Assembly: GCA_963785425.1 (NCBI GenBank)
Contig: CAWAVG010000002.1
Coordinates: 495,731 to 519,730, forward strand
Source: an uncultured Actinomycetota bacterium
GTDB lineage: Bacteria > Actinomycetota > Actinomycetes > Mycobacteriales > Jatrophihabitantaceae
DNA length: 24,000 nucleotides
Direction: 5' to 3'
Shown: piece by piece, positions 7,700 to 15,962 of the stretch
Layout: each line of letters opens with the position of its first letter
Numbering within the stretch: the first letter of the stretch is position 1
Made by a program: the position numbers and the translations under genes
Notes under the pieces: generated by a model
The model's database searches: none
What the model was told of the DNA's origin: nothing
The model's input: the letters and a program-made list of their open reading frames with translations, nothing else

Positions 7700-8472
7700 T
7701 GGGGCGGGGCGGTGGGGGAGGAGCCGGCCGAGGATTCCTCGACCTCGAGCAGGGACGCCTCGTGCAGGGATTCCTCGTACGCCTTGTGGCCCCCGCGGAT
7801 GCCGAACAGCCGCTTCGACAGCAGCAGGTAGACGACTGCAGCCACGTTGATGATCAGGATGACAATCTTGAGCCAGCTGATCTTGTCGACGAGCTCGTAG
7901 ATCTCGAGCGGGATGAACGCCGTCGTCCCGACCACGGCCACGTATTCGCCCCACCGCTTGAGCGACCACAGGCCGATGCCCTCGGCGATCTGCAGGGCGG
8001 CGTAGAGGATCAGCGCGATGCCGATGCCGGTCAGCGTCGACGACTTCGCATGCAGGATCTTCTCGATCGAGGTCACCGTGCTCGAGTCGGACACCTTGAA
8101 GTGGATCTGTCGGAAGAACGGGTCGAGCGATGTCAGGTCTCTCTTGAAGACGTCCTGCAGGCTCACCTGCGTCGTCTTCAGCTCGAGCACTCCGATGCCG
8201 AGCAGGGCCAGCACCAAACCGCGGAACCACCGCTCGATGGCCAGGGCCCGGAGGATGAACGCGCTGCGCAGGGCCTTGCCCCTGAGCAGTACGGGAGCGT
8301 CGTCGGCCGGCCCGGCGCCGTTCGGCTCGCCGAGCACGTAGGTGCCGCACCGCAGGCACCGCCACGCACTACCCAGCGGAGTCCCCGCCTCGAGCTTCGC
8401 GCGGTACTCGGGCTCGTCCGGCGCGTAGGTCACGTGCCCCTTGCGGGAGCAGGTGCGCAGGTTCCAGTCCAT
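7690..8472 (-). CDS. DUF2127-like integral membrane protein with an N-terminal Cys-rich (zinc-ribbon-like) segment
   Basis: Start chosen at MDWNLRTCSRKGH...CLRCGTYV (ATG at 8472). It is followed by several hydrophobic helices (FRGLVLALLGIGVLEL, GIGIALILYAALQIAEGIGLW, YVAVVGTTAFIPLEIYEL, IVILIINVAAVVYLLL). The N-terminal 55 codons of the track ORF have no support. Confidence 0.65.
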   Translation of the reverse strand: MDWNLRTCSRKGHVTYAPDEPEYRAKLEAGTPLGSAWRCLRCGTYVLGEPNGAGPADDAPVLLRGKALRSAFILRALAIERWFRGLVLALLGIGVLELKTTQVSLQDVFKRDLTSLDPFFRQIHFKVSDSSTVTSIEKILHAKSSTLTGIGIALILYAALQIAEGIGLWSLKRWGEYVAVVGTTAFIPLEIYELVDKISWLKIVILIINVAAVVYLLLSKRLFGIRGGHKAYEESLHEASLLEVEESSAGSSPTAPPHSG

Positions 8473-8563
8473 GGTTCGACGAGAGTAGTCACCGCATGGA
8501 ATCGCCTGGAAAGGGTGGCGATTCCGCGGGGATCCCGACTTGCCCGCCCGACCGGCCATCGAT

Positions 8564-8590
8564 TGTCGATACGGTCGGGGCACGCTCGTC
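8564..8590 (+). promoter_or_regulatory. Candidate ECF-type promoter for the DGPF-ECF42 operon (TGTCGA, 17-nt spacer, CGTC)
   Basis: TGTCGA at 8564-8569 and CGTC at 8587-8590, about 50 nt upstream of the yciI-like ATG. It resembles the ECF -35/-10 architecture. My recollection is that ECF42 target promoters upstream of DGPF genes carry a TGTCGA-like -35; this is unverified. Confidence 0.3.
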
Positions 8591-8639
8591 GGATAATTGA
8601 CCGGCCCGACAGGCGGGCCGCGAAGCGAGGGGACCAACG

Positions 8640-8987
8640 ATGTCGCAGTTCCTCATCCTCATCTACGACGACGAGAAGGCCTACGAGAGCGCCGGCGAGG
8701 CCGGGATGCAGGCGATCATGGAAGGCCACAGCACCTTCGGCGAGAAGAACGGCGCCGCGCTCCTGGGCGGCAACGCGCTGCAGACCGTGTCGACCGCAAC
8801 CACCGTCCGTCCCGACGGCAACGGCGGGTTCAGTGTCACCGACGGCCCGTTCGTCGAGACCAAGGAAGCCCTCGGCGGGTACTACCTGGTCGAGGCCGCC
8901 GACCTCGACGAGGCGATCGACATGGCCAAGCAGATCCCGGTCATCAGCGGCGGCCTCGAGGTGCGGCCGATCATGGTCTTCAACTGA
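8640..8987 (+). CDS. YciI-like / DGPF-domain protein
   Basis: 115 aa. FLILIYDDE at the N-terminus and DGPFVETKEALGGYYLVEAADLDEAI match the DGPFAETKE family signature. Confidence 0.85.
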   Translation: MSQFLILIYDDEKAYESAGEAGMQAIMEGHSTFGEKNGAALLGGNALQTVSTATTVRPDGNGGFSVTDGPFVETKEALGGYYLVEAADLDEAIDMAKQIPVISGGLEVRPIMVFN

Positions 8988-9022
8988 GCAGCAGCACCGC
9001 CGGCGCAGCCGTCGCTGCGGCT

Positions 9023-10240
9023 GTGGCGGACGCGCACCGTCGCGAGTGGGGCCTCGTCCTCGCCGCGACGGTGCGCGTCACCCGCGATCTCGATCTGGCC
9101 GAGGAATGCGTGCAGGACGCCTACGCGCGAGCGCTGACGAGGTGGTCCGAGGACGGCATCCCGGCACGGCCGGCAGCGTGGTTGACGACGACCGCGCGTA
9201 ACCGGGCTCTCGACCTGTTCCGCCGCGACGCGCTGTTCCGGCGCGCGATGCCCGAGCTGGTGATGGACGACGTGGTGCCCGACCTCGACCTCGACGAACA
9301 CGATGCCATCGCCGATGACCGGCTGCGCCTGATCTGCACCTGCTGCCACCCCGCGCTGTCGCGCGAGGCGCAGGTCGCGCTCACTCTCCGCCTGCTCTGC
9401 GGGCTTTCGACTGCGGACGTGGCGCGCGCCTTCCTCGTGAGTGAGCCCACTATGGCCGCGCGCATCACCCGCGCGAAGAAGAAGATCGCGGCTGCGCGCA
9501 TCCCGTACCGCGTGCCGGCGGCGAGCGAACTCCCGGAGCGCATCGCCGCAGTCGCCGAGGTCGTGCACCTGCTGTTCACGACCGGCCACACCGCCCCGGC
9601 CGGCGCCTCGCTGGTGCGCCGCGATCTGGTCGAGCGGGCGATCGACCTGGCCCGCATGCTGCATCTGCTCGTGCCCGACGCCGCCGATGTCACCGGGCTG
9701 CTCGCGCTCTTGCTGCTGACCGACGCGCGGCGCGGCACACGTCTCGATGCCCACGGCCGGCTGGTGCTGCTCGAGCACCAGGACCGTAGCCGGTGGGATG
9801 TGGCGGCGATCACCGAAGGCATGACGCTGGTGCGCGAGGCGCTGCGGCACAGGCCGCCGAGCCGCTACGCGCTGCAGGCGGCCATCGCCGCCGTGCATGC
9901 CGGCGCGCCGAGCTGGGACGAGACCGACTGGCACGAGGTGGTCGCGCTGTACGGCGTCCTCGGTGAGATCTGGCCCTCACCCGTCGTGGCGCTGAACCGC
10001 GCCGTCGCGGTCGGTTTCGCCGACGGCCCGGCCGCGGGACTCGCGGCGTTGGACCAGCTCGGCACGGACCCCCAGCTGGCAGGCTACGGGTACCTCGCCG
10101 CGGCCCGTGCCGAGTTCCTGCACCGCCTCGGGCGCGACCGGGAGGCCCGGATCGCCTACACCGAGGCGCTGCACCTCACGTCCAACGAGGTCGAGCGCGA
10201 GTTCCTGCAGGGCCGGCTCGAGGCCGTGCCCGGGTCGTGA
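9023..10240 (+). CDS. ECF sigma factor, ECF42-like, with a long C-terminal TPR-like extension
   Basis: Sigma-2-like region WGLVLAATVRVTRDLDLAEECVQDAYARAL and sigma-4-like LRLLCGLSTADVARAFLVSEPTMAARITRAKKKI, then about 230 aa of helical extension. It lies immediately downstream of a DGPF gene, which is the ECF42 context. GTG at 9023 was chosen as the first plausible start after the yciI-like stop; the start is uncertain. Confidence 0.8.
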   Translation: MADAHRREWGLVLAATVRVTRDLDLAEECVQDAYARALTRWSEDGIPARPAAWLTTTARNRALDLFRRDALFRRAMPELVMDDVVPDLDLDEHDAIADDRLRLICTCCHPALSREAQVALTLRLLCGLSTADVARAFLVSEPTMAARITRAKKKIAAARIPYRVPAASELPERIAAVAEVVHLLFTTGHTAPAGASLVRRDLVERAIDLARMLHLLVPDAADVTGLLALLLLTDARRGTRLDAHGRLVLLEHQDRSRWDVAAITEGMTLVREALRHRPPSRYALQAAIAAVHAGAPSWDETDWHEVVALYGVLGEIWPSPVVALNRAVAVGFADGPAAGLAALDQLGTDPQLAGYGYLAAARAEFLHRLGRDREARIAYTEALHLTSNEVEREFLQGRLEAVPGS

Positions 10241-10245
10241 ACGAC

Positions 10246-10261
10246 GGCGTCATCTGACGCC
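10246..10261 (+). terminator. Short GC hairpin after the sigma factor stop (GGCGTC atct GACGCC), weak terminator candidate
   Basis: 6-bp perfect stem with a 4-nt loop, 6 nt after the TGA at 10238-10240. There is no U-tract. Confidence 0.2.
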
Positions 10262-10365
10262 CGAATCGCCCCGTTCGGTGGGCATTTGTCGTCCCCTCCC
10301 GCGTGTCCGTCCCGTGTCGCGTTTTGGTCAATGGCGGTGGCGTCGCTTACGGTGGCTCGTCGTAA

Positions 10366-11079
<714 letters not shown>

Positions 11080-11099
11080 TCCGGTTCCCCCGCGCGGTT

Positions 11100-11164
11100 G
11101 AGTGGCGCGTTCTGCCCGTAGGTGGCGCGATATCTCGCGCCACTCACCACGAAACGCGCCACTC
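11100..11164. repeat. Nested double-palindrome repeat, variant subfamily (GAGTGGCGCG / AGGTGGCGCGA, then TCGCGCCACT / CGCGCCACTC)
   Basis: The outer 10-mers (11100-11109 and 11155-11164) pair perfectly. The inner stem 11121-11130 with 11135-11144 has 9 bp plus one G-T, with loop TATC. It has the same layout and about 19-21 nt phasing as the GAGTGGTCA family, and lies between the convergent rpf and gcdH stops. Confidence 0.8.
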
Positions 11165-11184
11165 GATGGGACGGGGACGGGGTG

Positions 11185-12360
11185 TCAGCGAAAGGCGTCG
11201 ATGCCGGTGAGCCGACCGCCGATCACGAGCGTATGCACCTCGTGCGTGCCCTCGTAGGTGTAGACGGTCTCGAGGTTCACCGCGTGCCGCAGCACCGGGT
11301 ACTCGGTGGTGATGCCGCTGCCGCCGAGCACCGAGCGCGCCTCCCGGCAGATCTCGAGGGCGCCGCGCACGTTGGCGAACTTGCCGAAGCTGATCTGGTG
11401 CGGCGCGATCCGGCCCGCGTCCTTGAGTTCGCCGAGGCGGCGCGCGGTGAGCTGCATCTGCTGCAGTCGCACGGCGAGGTCGGCGAACTTCTTCTGGGTG
11501 AGCTGGAACGACGCGATCGGCTTGCCGAACTGGCTGCGGGTGCCGGCGTAGTCGAGGGTCGCGGCCAGCGCGTCGCGTGCTGCCCCGGTGACGCCCCAGA
11601 TGATGCCGAACCGGGCCTCGGTCAGGCAGCCGAGCGGACCCTTGAGCCCGCGCACCTCGGGCAGCATCGCCGAGTTCGGGACGCGCACCTCGTCCAGGAT
11701 CAGCTCGCTGGTGATCGACGCGCGTAACGAGATCTTGTGGTGCACGTCCTGCGCGGTGAACCCCGGCGTGCCCTTCTCGACGAGGAAGCCGCGGATGCCC
11801 TCCTCCTCGGTGCGCGCCCACACGACTGCGACATCGGCGATCGACCCGTTGGTGATCCACATCTTGTTGCCCGACAGCACCCAGTCGTCGCCGTCGCGGC
11901 GCGCGCGGGTACGCATCGATCCGGGGTCCGAGCCGGAATCCGGCTCGGTCAGTCCGAAGCACCCGATGGCCTCGCCATTGGCCATGCGCGGCAGCCACTG
12001 CTGCTTCTGCTCCTCGCTGCCGTAGGCGTGGATCGCGTACATCGCGAGGGAGCCCTGCACGCTGACCAGGGAGCGCAGCCCGGAGTCGATCGCCTCGATC
12101 TCGGCGCACACGAGGCCGTACTGCGAGGCCTTCGCCCCCTGGCACCCGTAGCCCTCGAGGTGCATGCCGAGCACGCCGAGATCGCCGAACTCGCGGGCCA
12201 GGTCGCGCGCCGGCAGAGTGCCGTCCTCGAACCACTGCTGGATGTGCGGGCGCAACCGGTCGTCGGCGAACTTGCGCACGGTGTCGCGCAGCAGGCGGTC
12301 GTCACCGTCGAGATCGTCGTCGAGGTCGAGCAGGTCGAGGCGGTCGAGAGCGTCACTCAT
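11185..12360 (-). CDS. gcdH: Glutaryl-CoA dehydrogenase-type acyl-CoA dehydrogenase
   Basis: 391 aa from ATG at 12360 (MSDALDRLDLLDLDDDL). Blocks GCFGLTEPDSGSDPGSM, WITNGSIADVAVVWA, FQLTQKKFADL, GRIAPHQISFGKFANVRGALEI and NLETVYTYEGTHEVHTLVIGGRLTG fit GCDH-like ACADs. Confidence 0.85.
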   Translation of the reverse strand: MSDALDRLDLLDLDDDLDGDDRLLRDTVRKFADDRLRPHIQQWFEDGTLPARDLAREFGDLGVLGMHLEGYGCQGAKASQYGLVCAEIEAIDSGLRSLVSVQGSLAMYAIHAYGSEEQKQQWLPRMANGEAIGCFGLTEPDSGSDPGSMRTRARRDGDDWVLSGNKMWITNGSIADVAVVWARTEEEGIRGFLVEKGTPGFTAQDVHHKISLRASITSELILDEVRVPNSAMLPEVRGLKGPLGCLTEARFGIIWGVTGAARDALAATLDYAGTRSQFGKPIASFQLTQKKFADLAVRLQQMQLTARRLGELKDAGRIAPHQISFGKFANVRGALEICREARSVLGGSGITTEYPVLRHAVNLETVYTYEGTHEVHTLVIGGRLTGIDAFR

Positions 12361-12370
12361 GAGATGGACG

Positions 12371-14401
12371 TTACTGCCACGCCAGACCCGTGTAGTAGGA
12401 GATGAAGCGCAGCACGTCCGTGCGTTCGGCGACGAGCGCGTCGTGCGAGCGGCCGTAGCCGTGGCCACTCGCGCTGTCGACCCGTAGCAGCGCGACGGCC
12501 TCGGGAGGTGACACGGCCTGCAGTCGGGCGGCGAACTTGAGACTGTGTGCCGGGACGACGCGGTCGTCGTGGTCGCTGGTCATGACCATGACGGGCGGGT
12601 AGCCGGCGCCGTCGCGCAGGTTGTGGAGCGGCGAGTAGGCATGGATCGTCGCGAACTGCTCGGCGTCGCCGAACGGGTCGCCGAAATCGGACGTCCACGC
12701 CCAGCCGATCGTCCAGAGCGGGAATCGCAACCCGTCCAGCACGCCCACCTCGGGGACCACCGCGGCGAACAGATCCGGCCGTTGCGTCAGCACAGCTCCT
12801 GCGAGCAAGCCACCGTTCGAGCGGCCGGTGAGCGCGAGGTGCTCACGGTCGGTCCACCCCTCGGCGACGAGGTGCTGGGCACAGGCGATCGCGTCGTCGA
12901 AGACGTTCTGCTTGTTGGCGAGTCGACCTGCGTCGTGCCAGGACGCGCCGTATTCGCCGCCGCCGCGCAGGCACGCGACGGCCACGACGCCACCGGCCGA
13001 GGCGAAGACGAATCGCGTGGCGTCGAAGGTCGGCGTCATCGCGATGCGGAAGCCGCCGTACCCGTACAGCCACGCCGGATGCGGACCGCCGATGGCGCTG
13101 ACGTCGGGACGGTGCACGAGGAACAGCGGCACGCGCGTGCCGTCTCTGCTCGTCACGAAGACCTGATCGGTGACGAGGTCGCTGTCGAGCGGGGTCTCGA
13201 AGACCGTCGTCAGTTCGCCGGTGTCGACGCCGTACTCGAGCACGGCCGGTGGTGCGGTGAACGTCGTCCACGCCAGGTGCAGCACGGTGTCGTCGGCGTT
13301 CGCCTCGAGCTCGGTGACGCTGCCGAGCCCGGGAAGGCCGACCTCGGCCCGCAGTGCGCCGTCGACGGCGTGGACGGTCAACCGCGCGGCAGCGTCGTGC
13401 AACCACTGCACGACCAGTCGATCCCCGACCAGCCGGGCGGCCTCGAGCTGGTCGCCGCCCTCGGCGACGAGCTCGCGTACCGCGCCGTCGCGCGCCACGG
13501 CCACGAGGCGGCTGAGCGGCGCGTCGAGGTCGGTCAGCATGACCAGCTCGTCGCCGAGCGAACCGACGAGTTGCCAGGCCGCGTCGGCGGTGGGGATGAG
13601 CGGACGCAGTTCGGGGCCGTGCGCGAGCTCGGCGACCCAGACGCGGGCACGGTGATCGGTGCCGCGGGTGCCAAGCACGACAAGCCAGTGCCCGTCGTCG
13701 GTCACCTCGGGCCAGAAGTTCACGTCGGGCTCGTCGGGCAGCGCGAAGACCAGCTCGTCCGGCTCGGTGCCGAGGCGGTGCAGCATCAGCCGCATGCCGG
13801 CGTTGCTCGACATGAGCGCGTCGCCGGTCGGCGCGTCGAACGCACCGTAGAGGAAGCCTGAGCCGTCCGGCAGCCAGGTGGGCCAGGTGAACTTCGACCA
13901 GCGCACCTCGTCGGGCAGGTCTTCGCCGGTCTCGGTGCGGCGCACGCGCCACGTGCGCCAGTCGCTTCCGGCCTCGCTGTAGGAGTACGCGACCAGGGCC
14001 CCGTCCGGGCTAGGCCGCGCGGCGGCGAGCGAGACGGCGTCATCGCCCAGGGCGTTCGGATCGATCAGTACGCGCGGGCTGCCGAACGGCGCGTCGGCCA
14101 CCAGCAGCACGTCCTGTTGCTGCACCCCGTCGTTGCTGGTGCGGAACCAGTGCGGCCCCCTGTGCACCGGAAGGCCCGAATGCGGCAGGCGGACGGCGCG
14201 ATCGAGAGCGGCAGTGATCGGCGTGGCGTCGGGCAGGGCGTCCAGGTGCGCCCGGGTGTGCGCCGCCTGCGCGGTGAGCCACGCCGAGACCTCGGGCTCG
14301 TCGCTGTCCTCGAGCCACCGGTACGGGTCGGCAACGAGGGTGCCGAAGTAGTCGTCGGTCTGGTCGACGGTGGGGGTGTCCGGACGCGGGCGAGCGATCA
14401 T
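12371..14401 (-). CDS. Prolyl oligopeptidase (S9A serine peptidase)
   Basis: N-terminal DPYRWLED motif, a beta-propeller-length middle region, a catalytic Ser in GRSNGGLL, and a C-terminal DDRVVP and GHGYG context. The start is either ATG at 14401 or GTG at 14416. The stop is 10 nt upstream of the gcdH start. Confidence 0.87.
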   Translation of the reverse strand: MIARPRPDTPTVDQTDDYFGTLVADPYRWLEDSDEPEVSAWLTAQAAHTRAHLDALPDATPITAALDRAVRLPHSGLPVHRGPHWFRTSNDGVQQQDVLLVADAPFGSPRVLIDPNALGDDAVSLAAARPSPDGALVAYSYSEAGSDWRTWRVRRTETGEDLPDEVRWSKFTWPTWLPDGSGFLYGAFDAPTGDALMSSNAGMRLMLHRLGTEPDELVFALPDEPDVNFWPEVTDDGHWLVVLGTRGTDHRARVWVAELAHGPELRPLIPTADAAWQLVGSLGDELVMLTDLDAPLSRLVAVARDGAVRELVAEGGDQLEAARLVGDRLVVQWLHDAAARLTVHAVDGALRAEVGLPGLGSVTELEANADDTVLHLAWTTFTAPPAVLEYGVDTGELTTVFETPLDSDLVTDQVFVTSRDGTRVPLFLVHRPDVSAIGGPHPAWLYGYGGFRIAMTPTFDATRFVFASAGGVVAVACLRGGGEYGASWHDAGRLANKQNVFDDAIACAQHLVAEGWTDREHLALTGRSNGGLLAGAVLTQRPDLFAAVVPEVGVLDGLRFPLWTIGWAWTSDFGDPFGDAEQFATIHAYSPLHNLRDGAGYPPVMVMTSDHDDRVVPAHSLKFAARLQAVSPPEAVALLRVDSASGHGYGRSHDALVAERTDVLRFISYYTGLAWQ

Positions 14402-14430
14402 GCGAGCGAGTATCACCGGCGGTTGTCGAT

Positions 14431-14460
14431 CTCGATTGCGTGGGGCTCGATAGCGTGGGG
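14431..14460. repeat. Tandem 15-bp direct repeat CTCGATTGCGTGGGG / CTCGATAGCGTGGGG
   Basis: 14 of 15 positions are identical and the copies are exactly adjacent. It sits in the 62-bp divergent spacer between prolyl oligopeptidase and marR and abuts the marR ATG at 14464. Confidence 0.85.
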
Positions 14461-14463
14461 GCC

Positions 14464-14997
14464 ATGCCGCAGCCGCCGCTCGACTTCGACCCGATCGAAC
14501 GGGCCGGTGCGCTGTGGGAGCGCCATTGGCCGGACGAGCCGGCCGAGGTCTACGACTCGATGCGCGCGGTCACGTCCATCATGCGTGCGCAGCAGATTCT
14601 GATCGCCGAACTCGATGCCCGGTTGCGTCCCTACGGCATCACGTTCAGCCGGTACGAGGCGCTCGTCCTGCTGATGTATTCGCGCGGCGGTTCACTGCCG
14701 CTGTCGAAGATCGGCGAACGGCTCCAGGTGCACGCGACCTCGGTGACCAACGTGATCGACCGCCTCGAGTCGGCCGGGCTGGTGCGCCGCGAGCCCAATC
14801 CGCGCGACGGCCGCGGCACGCTCGCGGTGATCACCGACGAGGGCCGTGCCGTCGCGACGAAGGCGACCGCCGACCTGAACGCCGCGCGCTTCGGCATGTC
14901 GGCCCTGGAACGTCCGCAGCTCGCCCAGGTCTACGCGCTGCTGCGTCAGCTGCGCGCGGACGCCGGTGACTTCGGCCCGTCCCCGAGTGGTCATTAA
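14464..14997 (+). CDS. MarR-family transcriptional regulator
   Basis: Winged-helix block FSRYEALVLLMYSRGGSLPLSKIGERLQVHATSVTNVIDRLESAGLVRREPNPRDGRGTLAVITDEG. ATG at 14464; the alternative is GTG at 14440. Confidence 0.85.
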   Translation: MPQPPLDFDPIERAGALWERHWPDEPAEVYDSMRAVTSIMRAQQILIAELDARLRPYGITFSRYEALVLLMYSRGGSLPLSKIGERLQVHATSVTNVIDRLESAGLVRREPNPRDGRGTLAVITDEGRAVATKATADLNAARFGMSALERPQLAQVYALLRQLRADAGDFGPSPSGH

Positions 14998-15051
14998 TGG
15001 CCCGAGTGGTCACAAATAGCTGACCACTCGCGCCATAAGTGACCACTCGCG
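14982..15051. repeat. Nested double-palindrome repeat, copy 4
   Basis: CGAGTGGTCA at 14984 and 15003, TGACCACTCG at 15021 and 15040, with exact 19-nt phasing and an 8-nt apical loop. The first core overlaps the last codons and stop of marR (..CCGAGTGGTCATTAA). It lies between the convergent marR and sortase genes. Confidence 0.9.
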
Positions 15052-15082
15052 TGGGGTTGGGCGGCGCTTGCGCCCGGCGGGA

Positions 15083-15883
15083 TCAGGTGCGGGCGGACGT
15101 GGCCCTGGCCGAGGTCAGGAACGCGTTGACGATGATGTTGTAGTCGTAGTCGACACCGTGCAGTTCGCCGCAGGTGATGATCACGACGCGATTCTTGGTG
15201 TGTTGCGCCATGAGCGGACGTACGTAGCCGGCGTCGGCCTTCGACACCGCGAAGGCGCCGCGCACGGTGTAGCGCAGGGTGCCGGCCGGGGTGCGCAGCG
15301 TGATGACGTCACCGTCGAGACGGGTCACCGGATAGGTCGCGACGTTGCTGATCAGGTGCAGCCGGCGGTGCGCCACCTCCGGCAACACCTCACGCATCGC
15401 GGGCGCGGAGATCTTGTTCAGCACCTCGAGCCGGTCCTCGGCCCACGAGTGCCCGAGCACGTAGGTCGTGCCCCGCGCCTTGCTGCCCGGAGCGAACCCG
15501 AAGTCGTGCTGCACCCAGCACACCGTGTGGTGTTGCTCGCCGGGCGGGTCGAGCGGGCGGACGTACTCCATGCCGCACACGTTCGCTCGGATCGTGTAGT
15601 GCGGCGCCGCGTACGTGAACGAGGTCGGTGCCGCTGCGGCCACGAAATCGTGTGGCACCGCCGGCACGGCCGGCACCGCGGTAGGGGTCGCACGCACTTT
15701 CGGTGTCCGCGTGGGGCTCGGCCTGGCGACACGGGCGCCGACTATCTTGGCCGCCGGCGGACTGATGCCGCTGTCGCGGTTCAGGACCACGACCAGCGTC
15801 ACGGCCAGCGCGGCCACCACTGCGACCGAGATGCCCAGCAGCACCGGCCGCCGGCGGTTTCGCGGGGGCGTGGGTTCGGTCAT
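15083..15883 (-). CDS. Class F sortase-like transpeptidase (N-terminal membrane anchor)
   Basis: Start at MTEPTPPRNRRRPVLLGISVAVVAALAVTLVVVL (ATG at 15883), giving a TM helix and then a Pro/Ala linker. It has the His context TTYVLGHSW and the Cys context VVIITCGELHGVDYDYNIIVNAF, which resembles the class F xxTCGG...Y..N.VV motif. Confidence 0.62.
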   Translation of the reverse strand: MTEPTPPRNRRRPVLLGISVAVVAALAVTLVVVLNRDSGISPPAAKIVGARVARPSPTRTPKVRATPTAVPAVPAVPHDFVAAAAPTSFTYAAPHYTIRANVCGMEYVRPLDPPGEQHHTVCWVQHDFGFAPGSKARGTTYVLGHSWAEDRLEVLNKISAPAMREVLPEVAHRRLHLISNVATYPVTRLDGDVITLRTPAGTLRYTVRGAFAVSKADAGYVRPLMAQHTKNRVVIITCGELHGVDYDYNIIVNAFLTSARATSART

Positions 15884-15962
15884 AACCGTTCCAGGATAGG
15901 TCGCGCACACTCGGCCACGAGCGACATGACAATTACTAGGACGTCCAAGTAAATTGGGAGCC

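Noticed and set aside
7699-9934. ORFs 7699..9201 (+, 500 aa), 7661..8365 (-) and 8882..9934 (-)
   Set aside because: They overlap the well-supported DUF2127, DGPF and sigma-factor genes in other frames or on the other strand, and have shadow-ORF composition.
12545-13952. ORFs 12545..13861 (+) and 12843..13952 (-) inside the prolyl oligopeptidase gene
   Set aside because: They are alternative-frame or antisense shadows. The 12371..14401 frame carries the DPYRWLED and GxSxGG peptidase signatures.
15884-15962. Cobalamin riboswitch upstream of the B12-dependent mutase gene
   Set aside because: The spacer is only 79 nt, is relatively A/T-rich, and shows no B12-box-like sequence or extended pairing.
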